From Anaeromyxobacteraceae bacterium (GTDB taxonomy: Bacteria; Myxococcota; Myxococcia; Myxococcales; Anaeromyxobacteraceae): DNA of 64,000 nt. Location of the stretch: contig JASGHJ010000002.1 of the NCBI GenBank assembly GCA_047602405.1, positions 3,168,001 through 3,232,000 on the forward strand, written 5' to 3'. This document shows, in pieces, positions 10,655-21,835 of the stretch. The notes below the pieces were generated by a model that ran no database searches, had not been told where the DNA came from, and worked only from the letters and a program-made list of their open reading frames with translations. Numbering within the stretch: the stretch's first letter is position 1; every line of letters starts with the position of its first letter. Both the position numbers and the translations under genes were made by a program.

Positions 10655-12922
10655 TCAGTCGCTCCGGAGCGACCGGTACTCGTAGGCATAGTGGCCGGCG
10701 TAGCGCGCGGCGAGGCCCGTGGTGGTGACGTCGTTCAGGACCGCGCCGTGGACCCGGATGCGGCTCTGCTCGAGCCGCTTCACGGCGAGCGAGATCTCGC
10801 GGATCGGATGGTGCCCGGCCTTGAGCACGAGGAGGACCACGCCCGCCGCCTGCCCCACGAGCGTGGGGTCCGCGACGGCGAGGATCGGCGGCGTGTCCAC
10901 GAGCACGATGTCGTAGCGGTGCGAGAGCCCGTCGAGGAGGCGCCGGAAGCGCTCGCTCGCGAGCATCTCGGCGGGGTTCGGGGGCAGCCGGCCGGTGGTC
11001 AGGACGTCGAGGCGCGGGTGCCCGGTCTTCTGCACGCCGCCCTCCGGCCCGCTGCCGTCGAGCTGCTCGGAGATCCCGGGCCGCCGGGGGAGCCCGAAGT
11101 ACCGGTGCAGGTGACCGCGCCGCAGGTCGGCGTCCACCACCAGGACGCGCCGGTCGGCCTCGGCGAGCACGAGGGCGAGGTTCACCGTGACGAACGACTT
11201 CCCGAGCCCCGGGCTGGGCCCGCTCACCATCACCACGTTGCTCGACGCCTCGAGGAGGGCGAACTGCAGGCTGGTGCGGAGGCTGCGGAGGTGCTCGATG
11301 GCCACGTCGGACGGGTCGATGGCGGCGAGGACCCCGAGCGGCTTTCGCCGGCGGGTGAACCCCCGCAGGTGCTCCTGCCGCTGGCTGTGCGGGATGGTGG
11401 CGTAGACCGACACGCCGGTGGCGCGCTCGATCTCGTCGGGGTCCACCGTGCGGTCGTCGAGGGCGCGGCGCACGAACGCGAGGCCGGCGCCCAGGCAGAG
11501 CCCGAGCGCGAGCGCGACGAGCAGGGTCGCCGCGGGCCGGGGCGCGACCGGCTCGTCGGGGACGAACGCTTCGTCCACGGTCCGCACGTTCCCGACCGTC
11601 CCCGACTTCACCACCCGGAGCTCCTGGGCCTTGTTGAGGACGAGCATGTACAGCTCGCTCGCCACCTTCACCTCGCGGGCCTGGCGGGCCGACTCGAGCT
11701 CGGTCTCGGGGAGCTGCTTCATGCGGGCGTTCATGGCGGCGCGCTCGCCGCGCAGGCTGCGGAGCTTCTCGTCCACCGCGAGCATCGCCGGGTGCGCCGG
11801 CGTGAAGCGCTGGGAGAGCTCGGCGCGCTGGAGCTCGACGGTCGAGACCTCCTTCTCGAGCTCGACGCTCCGGTCGAGCAGGGCCTGGGTCTCCTTCGAG
11901 AGGTCCACCACCCCCCGCTCGCGCTGCAGCTTCGACGCACCCGCCTCGGCGGACGTGAGCGTCGACTTCAGCTCCGGGAGCTGCGACTCGAGGAACGCGA
12001 GCGTCTTCGCGGCCTCCACCGAGCGGCGCTCCACGTTCAGCCGGACGTAGGCGTTCGCGAGCGCGCGGAGGATGGCCGCGAGCCGCTTCGGATCGGGGCC
12101 CGAGAGCGACACCACCAGGATGCCGGTCTTCCGGCCGCGCTCGCTCACGCCGAGGTTCCAATCGAGCTCCTCGAGCACCTCGTTGTGCCGGCGGCGCACC
12201 ACCCGGAACGCCGTGCCGGGCCGCGCGCGCAGCTCGGCGACGAAGCCCTCCACGCGCTCGCCCCCCTCGCCTCCCGCGAACGCCCGCCCGGGCCGGGCGT
12301 CCTGCACGAGCACCCGGCCGTCCCGCTCCACCCGGAAGCCCGCGCCCTCGGCGACGAGCCGCAGCGGCTTGCCGACGAGCGCCTCTCCCACCTCGAGGCG
12401 GTCCACCACGATCCGCTCGCCGCCCCACGGCCACCCGGCGAGCGCCTCGAGCCCGAGGGGCGGGCCGGAGAGGCCCGGCCCCTCGTACCGCCTCGCCACC
12501 GCGGCCCCGAGGAGCGGGAACCACGCGGGGCGCGCCTCGACGTCGAGCTTCAGCTCGCCCGCGACGGCCTCGAGCACCGTCCTCGAGCGGATGAGCGCCA
12601 TCTCCGTGTCGGAGGGGGGCGGCTCGGCGATGATCGCGGCGACACCCTGGAGCCGCGTCGAGCCGCGGGACGGGTCCTCCACCTGCACCACGGTGTTCGA
12701 CTCGTACACGGGGGTCTTGAGGTACGCGTACGCGGCGCCGAGCGCGACGGCGGCCAGCGTCGCGGCCGCGATGAGCCACCGGCCCTCGACGAGGACGCCC
12801 GCGACCGCCCGCAGGGCCGGGGCGGCCTCCTGGGGCGGCGGCGGCAGGCGCTCGCCGGCCGGACCGGGGGCGTCCGGTCCGCGCCGCCCTCCGACCGGAC
12901 GCAGCGTCTCCTCCGGGGTCAC
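10655..12922 (-). CDS. wzc: Polysaccharide co-polymerase/BY-kinase
   Basis: Two TM segments, Walker A GPSPGLGKS, VDADLRRG, VDTPP, C-terminal Tyr cluster YAGHYAYEY. Confidence 0.9.
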   Translation of the reverse strand: MTPEETLRPVGGRRGPDAPGPAGERLPPPPQEAAPALRAVAGVLVEGRWLIAAATLAAVALGAAYAYLKTPVYESNTVVQVEDPSRGSTRLQGVAAIIAEPPPSDTEMALIRSRTVLEAVAGELKLDVEARPAWFPLLGAAVARRYEGPGLSGPPLGLEALAGWPWGGERIVVDRLEVGEALVGKPLRLVAEGAGFRVERDGRVLVQDARPGRAFAGGEGGERVEGFVAELRARPGTAFRVVRRRHNEVLEELDWNLGVSERGRKTGILVVSLSGPDPKRLAAILRALANAYVRLNVERRSVEAAKTLAFLESQLPELKSTLTSAEAGASKLQRERGVVDLSKETQALLDRSVELEKEVSTVELQRAELSQRFTPAHPAMLAVDEKLRSLRGERAAMNARMKQLPETELESARQAREVKVASELYMLVLNKAQELRVVKSGTVGNVRTVDEAFVPDEPVAPRPAATLLVALALGLCLGAGLAFVRRALDDRTVDPDEIERATGVSVYATIPHSQRQEHLRGFTRRRKPLGVLAAIDPSDVAIEHLRSLRTSLQFALLEASSNVVMVSGPSPGLGKSFVTVNLALVLAEADRRVLVVDADLRRGHLHRYFGLPRRPGISEQLDGSGPEGGVQKTGHPRLDVLTTGRLPPNPAEMLASERFRRLLDGLSHRYDIVLVDTPPILAVADPTLVGQAAGVVLLVLKAGHHPIREISLAVKRLEQSRIRVHGAVLNDVTTTGLAARYAGHYAYEYRSLRSD

Positions 12923-14886
12923 GGGCCGGGCGCCTCCGCGGCGTCGCTGCGCTCGCGCCCGGGGGCCTCGTCCCAGGACGCGATCGCCGCGGGCCTGCGC
13001 GCGTGGCGGCGGAGCTGCGAGCGCTCCGGGGCGCCCCCGAGCCGCGCGCTCGGGACGAGCACCGACATCTCGGCGAGGACCGCGGCGCTGTCGCCGGCGA
13101 GCGCGGCGCTGCGGAGCGCCGCGAGGTGCTCCCGGAAGCGTGGCGGCGCGGGGACCGAGTGGGCCACCCGGATCCCGTCGCGGCAGCGGCCGGTCTCCTC
13201 CTCCTCCTCGCTGAGCAGCTCCTCCCGGATCTTCTCGCCGGGCCTCAGGCCGGTGAAGATGATCGGGATGTCCTCGCCGGGCACGTGGCCCGTCATGGTG
13301 ATGAGGTTGCGGGCGAGGTCGAGGATCCGCATCGGCGAGCCCATCTCCAGGAGGCACAGGTCGCTCTCGCACCGGATCCCGGCGAGCAGCACGAGGCCCA
13401 CGGCCTCGCCGATGGTCATGAAGTAGCGGGTGCAGTCGGGGTGGGTGAGGGTCACCGGCCCGCCGCGCTCGATCTGCCGCTTGAAGATGGGGATGACGCT
13501 CCCCGCCGAGCCGAGCACGTTCCCGAACCGGATCGAGGTCATCCGGGTGGACGTGCGGTGGGCGAGATCGCGGACCACCATCTCCGCGATGCGCTTCGAC
13601 GCGCCCATGACGGAGGTCGGGTTCACCGCCTTGTCGGTCGAGACGAGCACGAAGCGCTGCGCACCGCAGGCGATGGCCATGCGCGCCGCGTTGCGCGTGC
13701 CGATGACGTTGTTCTTCACGGCCTCCTCGGGCGCGTCCTCGAGGAGCGGGACGTGCTTGTGGGCCGCGGCGTGGAACAGGTACTGGGGCCGGTAGCGCTC
13801 CCCGAGCTTGCGGAGGCGCCGGTACTCGCGCACGTCCGCCACCTCGGCGTGGAACGTCACGTGCGGATGCTCCGCAGCCAGCAGCCGGGAGTTCAGGTAG
13901 AGCTCGTTCTCGTTCATGTCCACGAGCACCAGCGTCCCGGCGCCGTGCACCGCGAGCTGGCGCGCGATCTCGCTCCCGATCGAGCCGCCCGCGCCGGTGA
14001 CGAGCACGGTGCGCCCCTCCACCTGGCGGCGGATCTCGCTCGCGTCGAACACCACGCGCTCGCGCGGGAGCAGGTCCTCGGGCGCGAGGTCGTGGAGCTT
14101 CGCCGCCGCGACCTGCGCGTCCATCTCGGTGAACGAGGTGGGGAGGATCTTCACGGTGGTCTGGGTGGAGGCGCAGAGGTCGAGCAGCCGCCGCACGCGG
14201 TCGCGCGCGATCTTGGGCACCGCCACCAGCACCGCGGTGATGTGGTACTCGGCGAGGAGGGCCGGGACGTCCTCCAGGCCACCGAGCACCGGCCGCCCGA
14301 CGAGCTGCGTGCCGACCTTCGCCGCGTCGTCGTCGACGAAGCCGACGAGGAGGTGCCGCGACTCGGGGTTGTGACGGATGTCGCGCGCGAGCAGGTCGCC
14401 GGCCTCCCCGGCCCCGTAGATCAGCGTGCGCGCGAGCTTCCCCGCGCGGAGGCGGGCCCGCTCCCGGCGCCAGCCCAGGAACACGTCGGGCCCGAAGCGG
14501 AAGCCGGCGATGAGCACCGAGGAGACCAGGAACTCGATCGGGAAGATCGAGCGCGGTACGTCCCGCTCGAGGACGAGCACGAGGAGGCAGAACACCCAGC
14601 TCGCGACACCCTGCGCGGCGAGGAGGCGCGCCGCCTCCGGTCGACCGGGCAGCCTGAACGACCAGCGGTGCAGCCCGAAGAGCGTCAGGGTCGCGAGGCG
14701 GAGGCAGATCACCACGGGCACGGTCAGGGCGTGGATCGCCGCGAAGGGCGGCGTCACCCTCCCCTCGAACCGGAGCCACCACGCCGCCTCGATCCCGATG
14801 GCGGTCGCCGCGGCGTCGCAGCAGAGGATGAGCACGGAGCGGACCCCGGCGTAGGCGAACCAGCGTTTCAAGTTGACCGCGAGCAT
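12919..14886 (-). CDS. Membrane-bound NDP-sugar 4,6-dehydratase (CapD/PglF/WbpM type)
   Basis: N-terminal TMs, YGAGEAG, VTGAGGSIG, HAAAHKHVP, STDKAVNPTSVMGASK, RFGNVLGSAGSV. Confidence 0.92.
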   Translation of the reverse strand: MLAVNLKRWFAYAGVRSVLILCCDAAATAIGIEAAWWLRFEGRVTPPFAAIHALTVPVVICLRLATLTLFGLHRWSFRLPGRPEAARLLAAQGVASWVFCLLVLVLERDVPRSIFPIEFLVSSVLIAGFRFGPDVFLGWRRERARLRAGKLARTLIYGAGEAGDLLARDIRHNPESRHLLVGFVDDDAAKVGTQLVGRPVLGGLEDVPALLAEYHITAVLVAVPKIARDRVRRLLDLCASTQTTVKILPTSFTEMDAQVAAAKLHDLAPEDLLPRERVVFDASEIRRQVEGRTVLVTGAGGSIGSEIARQLAVHGAGTLVLVDMNENELYLNSRLLAAEHPHVTFHAEVADVREYRRLRKLGERYRPQYLFHAAAHKHVPLLEDAPEEAVKNNVIGTRNAARMAIACGAQRFVLVSTDKAVNPTSVMGASKRIAEMVVRDLAHRTSTRMTSIRFGNVLGSAGSVIPIFKRQIERGGPVTLTHPDCTRYFMTIGEAVGLVLLAGIRCESDLCLLEMGSPMRILDLARNLITMTGHVPGEDIPIIFTGLRPGEKIREELLSEEEEETGRCRDGIRVAHSVPAPPRFREHLAALRSAALAGDSAAVLAEMSVLVPSARLGGAPERSQLRRHARRPAAIASWDEAPGRERSDAAEAPGP

Positions 14887-14942
14887 TCTCGCTCCAGGCA
14901 GGGGTGGTGTCGGCCGGCGGAGGGCAGCGGCGTCCGCTTCCC

Positions 14943-16268
14943 TCAGGCGCCGGGAGGCTCGCCGGCGCCGGCGATGGGCGCCGGACGGGTGGCGTCGGTC
15001 GGCCAGGGCTCGCGCCGAGAGACCGAGGCCGGGCGGGGAACATCTCCGGCGGCGTGGAGGCGGTGCCGCGCCACGGTGTCGAGGACCGCCGTGACGACCC
15101 GCTCCACCTGCGCGTCGCTCATCGCCGAGTAGATCGGCAGGGAGACCGAGCGGCCGGCGACGTCCCGCGCGACCGGGAGGTCCTCGGGGCGATGGCCGAA
15201 GGCGTCCCGGTACCAGGGGTGCTCGTGCAGCGGGATGAAGTGCACCGAGGCGCCGACGCCGCGCGCCCTGAGCGCGTCCAGGAACCCGTCCCGGTCGACG
15301 TCCAGCGTCCCGGGGGCCAGCTTCACGACGTAGAGGTGGTGCGCGGTCGTGCGGTCCGGGCGGACGTCGAGGAGCTCGAGGGCGTCCTCGTCCACGAAGG
15401 CCTCGTCGTAGCGAGAAGCGATGGCCTGGCGACGGGCCCACATGGCCCGCGCCCGGCGCAGCTGGACGAGCCCGAGCGCCGCGGCGAGGTCGGGGAGGTT
15501 GTACTTGAACCCCGGCGCGAGGATCTCGTACCGCCAGGTCCCCGCCCGCGTGTAGCGCTTCCACGCGTCCCGCGAGATCCCGTGCAGCGACATGATCCGC
15601 ATCCGCTCGGCCCAGTCCTCCCGCGCGGTGACCACCGCCCCGCCCTCCGCCGTGGTGATGGTCTTCGTCGCGTAGAACGAGAAGCACGTGGCGTCGCCCA
15701 GGGTGCCGACGTCGCGGCCGCGGTACCGGGCCGGGAACGCGTGCGCGGCGTCGTCCACCAGTGCGACGCCGTGCCCGCGGGCGATCGCGCCGAGCTCGTC
15801 CATGTCCGCCGGCACGCCCGCGAAGTGGACCGGCACGATGGCGCGGGTGCGACGGGTGATCGCGCGCGCGACCGCGGCGGGGTCCACGTTGTGGTCGGAG
15901 GACCGCACGTCCACGAGCACGGGGATCGCGCCCAGGTGCTGGACGACCTCGGCCGTCGCGGCGAAGGTCAGGGTGGGCACGATGACCTCGTCGCCCGCAC
16001 GGACGCCCGCCGCCTCGAGCGCGAGGTGGAGCGCCGCGGTGCAGGAGTTGACGGCCACGCAGTGGCGCGCGCCGACCGCCTCCGCGAACCGCTCCTCGAG
16101 CTCCTTCGCGCGTGGCCCGGTGGTGATCCAGCCGGAGCGGAGGACCGCGACGACCGCCTCGACCTCGTCGTCGGTCACGTCGGGCAGCGCGAAGGGCAGG
16201 TACTCCGCCTCCGCTCCGGGGCCCTCGAGAGGTGTGCGGTGCTCGCCAGACGGCGCAGGTTCGGCCAT
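14943..16268 (-). CDS. DegT/DnrJ/EryC1/StrS sugar aminotransferase
   Basis: NSCTAALHLAL, DDAAHA, FSFYATKTITTAEGG. Confidence 0.92.
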   Translation of the reverse strand: MAEPAPSGEHRTPLEGPGAEAEYLPFALPDVTDDEVEAVVAVLRSGWITTGPRAKELEERFAEAVGARHCVAVNSCTAALHLALEAAGVRAGDEVIVPTLTFAATAEVVQHLGAIPVLVDVRSSDHNVDPAAVARAITRRTRAIVPVHFAGVPADMDELGAIARGHGVALVDDAAHAFPARYRGRDVGTLGDATCFSFYATKTITTAEGGAVVTAREDWAERMRIMSLHGISRDAWKRYTRAGTWRYEILAPGFKYNLPDLAAALGLVQLRRARAMWARRQAIASRYDEAFVDEDALELLDVRPDRTTAHHLYVVKLAPGTLDVDRDGFLDALRARGVGASVHFIPLHEHPWYRDAFGHRPEDLPVARDVAGRSVSLPIYSAMSDAQVERVVTAVLDTVARHRLHAAGDVPRPASVSRREPWPTDATRPAPIAGAGEPPGA

Positions 16269-16388
16269 GCGTACGCTCCGTGGGTGGGGCGGCACTACCG
16301 TAGACACTCGCCGCTCGCCCGACACGCTGCGTGCGCAAGCCCACCAGCCACGGGACCGGGCGCCATCGCCTCCGGGGGAGGCGCGCGC

Positions 16389-17864
16389 TCACGCCGCGGC
16401 CCGCGCCCTGAGGAGGTACCGCGCCCGTTCGCGCAGCGCGCCGCCCTCGAGGAGGAAGAGCGCACCCGCGTACGCGGCGCAGGTCGCGAGGAGCCCGAGC
16501 GCGAGGGACGCGATCGGCCCCGCCTGCACGACCGCGGCGGCGGTGGCGCCTGCCGCCCCGCCCGCGAGGAGGGCGGCCCCGAGCGGCGCCACGTTCTCCG
16601 CGGGGGGCCGGGTGGCGCGCCGGGCCGCCACGCCGCGCAGCACCGCGAGCCCCGCGAGCGGCGCGAGGCTCGTCGCCCAGGCGGCGCCGACGCCGCCCGC
16701 GAGCGGCGCGAGCACGACGAGCCCGGCGACCAGCGCGACCCCGTGGGCGATCACCGAGCGGCGGAGGGCCGGCCAAGCCTCCGAGGCCACGGCCAGCGAC
16801 CGGTAGCCCTCGAGGATGGGCGCGACGGTCGCGTAGAGCCCGAGCACCCGGAGCGCCGGCGCCGCCGGCAGCCACCGCGGTCCGTAGAGGGTCGCCAGCA
16901 GCGCCTCCGGGAAGAGCGCCACCGCGAGGCCGACGAGCGGGGCGAGCCGCGTGACGAAGTACTGCAGGAGGTCGAACGCGCGCCCGAGCCGAACGGGCTC
17001 GTGCCGCACCTTGCTGAAGGTGGCGATCGCGACCTGCATGGTGGCGGGCGCGACCGCCGCCTGCGGGAGGGCGGCGAGCGTCTTCGCCTGGTGGAAGTAG
17101 CCGAGGGCCGCGAGGCCCAGGGTGTTGCCCAGGATCACGCGGTCGGCGCGGGCCAGGATCTGGTCGAGGGCGCGGAACCAGAACAGGCTGCGCGCGAAGG
17201 ACCACGCCCGGCGCGCGGCCGCGCGGTCGAACCCGCGGCCGGACGGCAGGCGCCACCGGCGCGCCAGGAGCACGTACGTGCCGAGCACGAGCCCCGCGAT
17301 GAGCCCCTCGCGCAGCACGAGGGCCTGCGCCCCGAGGCCGCGCGCGGCGGCGACGACGGAGATCACCGCGGCGCACGCGGAGGCCGCGATGGTGACCGCC
17401 GCGGCGCGGCGGTACTCGAGGTCGCGCTCGATCACGGCGGCCATGGCGCTGCGCAGCCCGTCGAGGAGGTTGACGGCCGAGAGCTCGAGGAGGAGGAGCC
17501 CGACCTCCGCGCCGTTGTGGTGCCCGGCCAGGAACGCCGCCGGGATCGAGAGGACGAGCAGGCCGAGCCGCAGGAGGAGGGTCAGGACGAGCGCGGTGTC
17601 CGCGATCCCGGGCACGCCGGGAGACTGCACGACGGCCTGGCCGAACGGGATGAGCCCCACCGCGGAGATGAGCTGGCTGTAGCCGTACGCGAGCGCGTAG
17701 GTGCCGAACCCCGCGGGCGAGACGAACCGGGCGAGCGCCGCGACCGCGCCGAAGTTGACGACGAACGAGCCGTAGGCGCCGGCCGCCGCCCAGAGGCTGC
17801 CGCGGACGGCGCGCCCCGCGAGCGAGGCGCCGGCGGGCGGGGGCTCCGGCCCGACCGGCCTCAC
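16389..17864 (-). CDS. wzx: Wzx-type flippase
   Basis: Multi-TM protein starting AVRGSLWAA, with ADRVILG...LGYF; GTG overlaps upstream stop. Confidence 0.8.
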   Translation of the reverse strand: MRPVGPEPPPAGASLAGRAVRGSLWAAAGAYGSFVVNFGAVAALARFVSPAGFGTYALAYGYSQLISAVGLIPFGQAVVQSPGVPGIADTALVLTLLLRLGLLVLSIPAAFLAGHHNGAEVGLLLLELSAVNLLDGLRSAMAAVIERDLEYRRAAAVTIAASACAAVISVVAAARGLGAQALVLREGLIAGLVLGTYVLLARRWRLPSGRGFDRAAARRAWSFARSLFWFRALDQILARADRVILGNTLGLAALGYFHQAKTLAALPQAAVAPATMQVAIATFSKVRHEPVRLGRAFDLLQYFVTRLAPLVGLAVALFPEALLATLYGPRWLPAAPALRVLGLYATVAPILEGYRSLAVASEAWPALRRSVIAHGVALVAGLVVLAPLAGGVGAAWATSLAPLAGLAVLRGVAARRATRPPAENVAPLGAALLAGGAAGATAAAVVQAGPIASLALGLLATCAAYAGALFLLEGGALRERARYLLRARAAA

Positions 17865-19013
17865 GTGGCCACGGCCCCCGGGCGCGCCTGGGCCAGGGCC
17901 TCGCGGAGCGCCCCGGCCGCGACGAGGACCTCCTCCCGCGAGAGCCCGCACCCGCTCGGCAGGCAGAGACCCCGCGCCCAGAGGCTCGCGGCGACCGGGC
18001 AGCGCCCCTCGCCCCCGGCGCTCACCCGGCGGAACCCGGCGAGGTGCGGCAGCGCGCTCATCGGCACGAAGAAGGGACGGGTCTCGACCCCCCGCGCCCG
18101 CAGGCGCGCGGCGGCCTCGCCCGGCTCGAGCCACGGCGGCAGGACGGCGCTCGTCATCCAGAAGACGTTCCGCGTCCCGGGCGCCTCGCCGTTGAGCGCG
18201 AGCCCGGGCACGCCCCGGAGGGCCTCCTCGTACCACTGGTGGATGAGCCGCTTCTTCGCCACGAACTCCTCGAGCTGCTCGAGCTGCGCGAGGCCCAGCG
18301 CCGCCTGGAGGTTCGTGAGCCGGTAGTTGAACGCGAGCTCCGTGTGGAAGTACCGGCGCTCCGGGCTCATCCCGTGGTCCTTCAGGAACCGCAGCCTGCC
18401 CGCGAGGTCGTCGTCGTCGGTGGTGAGCATCCCCCCCTCGCCCGTGGTGATGATCTCTGTTGCCGTAGAAGGAGAACGCCCCCACCCGGCCGAGCGCGCC
18501 GACGGCCCGCCCCTCGCGCCGCGCGCCGTGCGCCTCGGCGGCGTCCTCGAGCAGCGCCGCACCTGCGCCCTCCGCGAGGCGCTCGAGCGCGCCGGTGTCG
18601 GCGGGCTGGCCGAAGAGGTGGACCGGCACGATCGCCCGGGTCCGGCGCCCGATGGCCCGCTCGACGGCGGCCGGGTCGAGGCACCAGGAGCCGGGCTCGA
18701 CGTCGGCGAGCACCGGGGTCGCGCCGGTGAGGAGCACCGCGTGCGCGGTGGCCGCGAAGGTGAGGTCCGGGACGATCACCTCGTCGCCCGGTCCCAGCCC
18801 GAGCGCGTGGAGCGCGAGGTGGAGGGCGACCGTCCCGTTCGAGACGGTGATCGCGTGGCGGACGCCCACGCAGGCCGCGAAGGCGGCCTCGAACCGCTCC
18901 ACGTAGGGGCCGCTGCTCGAGACCCAGCCCGACCGCACCGCGTCGGTCACGTAGCGGAGCTCGCGCTCGCCCAGCACCGGTGCCGCCACGGGGATGTGTC
19001 GCTCCGCCTCCAT
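17861..19013 (-). CDS. DegT-family aminotransferase (perosamine synthase-like), frameshift ~18457
   Basis: SNGTVALHLAL, EDAAEAHG, FSFYGN / IITTGEGG. One extra base splits the catalytic Lys codon. Confidence 0.88.
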
Positions 19014-19036
19014 CGCTCCTCCTCCCTGGTGCCGGG

Positions 19037-20258
19037 TCATGAGGCGAACCGGCGCCTGCGCGCGCCCTGCCGCTCGAGCCGCTCGAGGTGCCGGGCCAGC
19101 GTCCGGCGGAACACCGGGTAGTCGTGCCGCTCCCGCACGCGGGCGAGCCCGGCCTCGCCCAGACGAGCGCGGAGCGCGGGGTCCCGCGCGAGCTGGACGA
19201 GGCGGGCGGCGTGGCCGTCGAGGTCGAAGGGGTCGAGGACGTAGCCCGTCTCGCCGTGGTCGGCGGCCTCCCGGGAGCCGTCCTGATCGCCCACCAGCAC
19301 GGGCTTCCCGCACGCGGCGGCCTCGAGCGGCGCGAGGGGCAAGCCCTCGCCGCGCCTCGGGCCCCGGTCGCTCACGAGCGAGAAGACGTCGCAGGCCCGG
19401 TACACCTCCACGAGGTCGTCCTCGCGGATCGGCCCGGTGAACGTCACGCGATCCACGATCCCGAGCGCGCCGGCGCGGGCGCGCAGCGCGGCGCCGAGCG
19501 CGCCGCCCCCCGCGAAGACCAGCCTGAGCTCGGGCATCCGGGGGGCCGCGCGGGCGAAGGCGTCCAGCAGCCGCTCGTACCCCTTGTGCGCGGCGGCGGC
19601 GACGAGCCTCCCCAGGGTGAGGATCACGACGTGGCGGCTCGGGTCCGGCAGGCCCAGCCGCGCGACGACCTCGCCGCGCGGCGGACCGGGCCGGAACCGC
19701 CGGGTGTCGACGCAGTCCGGCAGGACCTCGAGCGCCCGGTCCGGGCGCAGCCGGGCCTCCCGCAGGTAGGCCGCCGTGTGCTGGCAATCCGCGAGCACCA
19801 GAATCCGCCGCCGCGAGCCCCCAGGCCGCGTCGCGCCGGAGCCCGCTCCACACCTCGAGGCCGTAGACGTCGAGCGCCGACCGCGCGCCGACCGCGCGCG
19901 CCACGGCGACCGCCAGGCCCGCGAAGTTCACGTGGGCCGAGAGCACGAGCGCGGGCCGCAGCCGCAGCCCGTCCGCCACCGCCCGGGCCGCGAAGGCGAG
20001 CTTCTGCCGCGCGGTCGCGCCGCGCTCCGGGTCGCGCCCGCCCGCGGTCCACTCCACCCGGAACGGCGCCTCCAGATCGCCGGGCCCCGGCGCGCGCAGC
20101 GAGTGCACCCGGACGCCGTCCTCGCCGAGGAGCTCGCGCAGCGCCGTGATCTGGTAGCGCCCGTAGCGGCTGATCCCGCCCTTGTCGAAGCAGCCCGGCG
20201 TCAGGTACAGGACCAACGCTCCTCCCGTCGAGGGCACGGCCGGCCGGGCGCGCGGCAC
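19037..20258 (-). CDS. GT4 glycosyltransferase, frameshift ~19803
   Basis: DKGGISRY N-terminus; HKGYERLL and EGLPLAPLEAAACGKPV C-terminus in the adjacent frame; start approximate. Confidence 0.82.
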
Positions 20259-20363
20259 GCGCCCCTCCCTCGCTCCCCGCGATGCCCGGGCGTGCGACCC
20301 CGGCCGGCAGTGACAACGTTCACATCGCCGCACGCGCCGTCGACCCTCGCGAGGTTCCGCCCG

Positions 20364-21830
20364 ATGCCGTCCGCCACGACGACGCTGCGAGGAGCGGAGC
20401 CCGCGGTGCTCCTGCTCGCGGCGGTCGGCGTCGTCGCGATCCACGCGCTCGCCGGGTCGCCGGTCGAGCTCCACGTGCGGCTCCTCGCGGCCGCGCTCGG
20501 CGTGCTCGCGTGCCTGCTCTGGTGGCGCTTCCTCGCGACGTCCGCGGCGCCGGACGCGGCGCAGCAGGGCCCGTTCCCGTTCCTCCCCTACGCGCTCACG
20601 CAGCTCTACCTCTACTGGGCGTTCGCCACCGTCACGGTCACCCGCGGGAGCCTGCCGCCGGTGAGCCCGGCCGCGTACGGCGGCGCGGTGCTCGCGGCGC
20701 TCGTGGTCGCGCTCGGCGTCCTCCTCGCGTTCCCCGCCGGACGGGACGTCGGCGCGCGGACGGAGCGCGCGCTCGACCGGTGCCTCCCCGCCCGCGCGCC
20801 CGCGCTGAACGCGTTCGTGCTCGCCCCCTGGCTCGCGGTCTGCGCGGTCGTGCAGGCCGACGTCGTGGCGCAGGCGGTCCCCGGGAGCGCGTACTTCCTC
20901 GTGAAGACGCTCGGCGATCCGGCGCCGCTCCTCGCCGCGATCGCCTGGCGTGACCTCCGGACCGCGAGCCCGAGCCGGACGCTCGCGCTCTCGGCCGGGG
21001 TGCTGTCGGTGGCGGGCCTCCTCAGCGGCATGCTCGAGGCGGCCGTGCAGCCGCTCCTCACGGCCGCGATCCTGCAGCTCGTCTTCCGGCGGCGGCTGCC
21101 CTGGCGGCTCGTGGTCGCGGGCGCCGCGGTCATCCTCGTGGTGAACCCCGCGAAGTACCATTACCGCGAGCTCGCCTGGGAGGAGGTCCAGAGCCGCGAC
21201 GAGCGGGCCGCGAAGGACCCGCTGCTCGCGATCCGCCAGTGGGGCGAGGCGATCCGGATGGCGTGGGCCGAGGGGCCCGCCGAGCGGCAGCGCAACGCGA
21301 GCGGGGTCGCGAGCCGCCTCGACGAGCTCTCGATGAACGCGGTCGTGCTGCAGGCGACGCCCTCCGCCGTCCCGTTCGACGGCGGCGTCACCTGGCCGGA
21401 GGCCCTGCTCTCGGTCGTGCCGCGGTTCCTCCACCCGGGCAAGCCCAGCTACACCGAGCTGTACAACGACCGGTTCAGCGTCACCTTCGGGCTCCAGTCG
21501 CGCGACTCCACCGCCACGTCCACGGGCGCCTTCCCGCTCGTGGCGGACGGCTACTGGAACTTCGGCTGGCCCGGGGTGGTCTTCGTCGGCCTCGCTGCCG
21601 GCTGGATCTTCGGCTTCTTCGCGGGGGCGCTGCGGGCCCGCTCCTGGGCGGCCGCCGCGATCGGCACGTCGATCTTCGTGCAGCTCCACGCCAACAACCC
21701 GCTCGCGCTGCAGGTCATCGGCGTGCTGCAGCGGGTCCTCGGCCTCGCGCTCGTGCTCTGGCTCGTCTCGGCCTCCTCGCGGCTCCTCGAGGACGTCCTC
21801 TCCGCGCTGCGGCGCCCCGTCCGCGGGTGA
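20364..21830 (+). CDS. Polytopic membrane protein, putative Wzy polymerase
   Basis: About 10 hydrophobic segments, large loop, VPRFLHPGKP and DGYWNFGWPG; inside the EPS locus. Confidence 0.65.
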   Translation: MPSATTTLRGAEPAVLLLAAVGVVAIHALAGSPVELHVRLLAAALGVLACLLWWRFLATSAAPDAAQQGPFPFLPYALTQLYLYWAFATVTVTRGSLPPVSPAAYGGAVLAALVVALGVLLAFPAGRDVGARTERALDRCLPARAPALNAFVLAPWLAVCAVVQADVVAQAVPGSAYFLVKTLGDPAPLLAAIAWRDLRTASPSRTLALSAGVLSVAGLLSGMLEAAVQPLLTAAILQLVFRRRLPWRLVVAGAAVILVVNPAKYHYRELAWEEVQSRDERAAKDPLLAIRQWGEAIRMAWAEGPAERQRNASGVASRLDELSMNAVVLQATPSAVPFDGGVTWPEALLSVVPRFLHPGKPSYTELYNDRFSVTFGLQSRDSTATSTGAFPLVADGYWNFGWPGVVFVGLAAGWIFGFFAGALRARSWAAAAIGTSIFVQLHANNPLALQVIGVLQRVLGLALVLWLVSASSRLLEDVLSALRRPVRG

Positions 21831-21835
21831 GGCCG

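Noticed and set aside
16389..21689. Apparent 1766-aa GT/aminotransferase/flippase fusion (similarly 59294-63811)
   Set aside because: Artefact of frameshifts and shared frames; each gene has its own start and stop once corrected.
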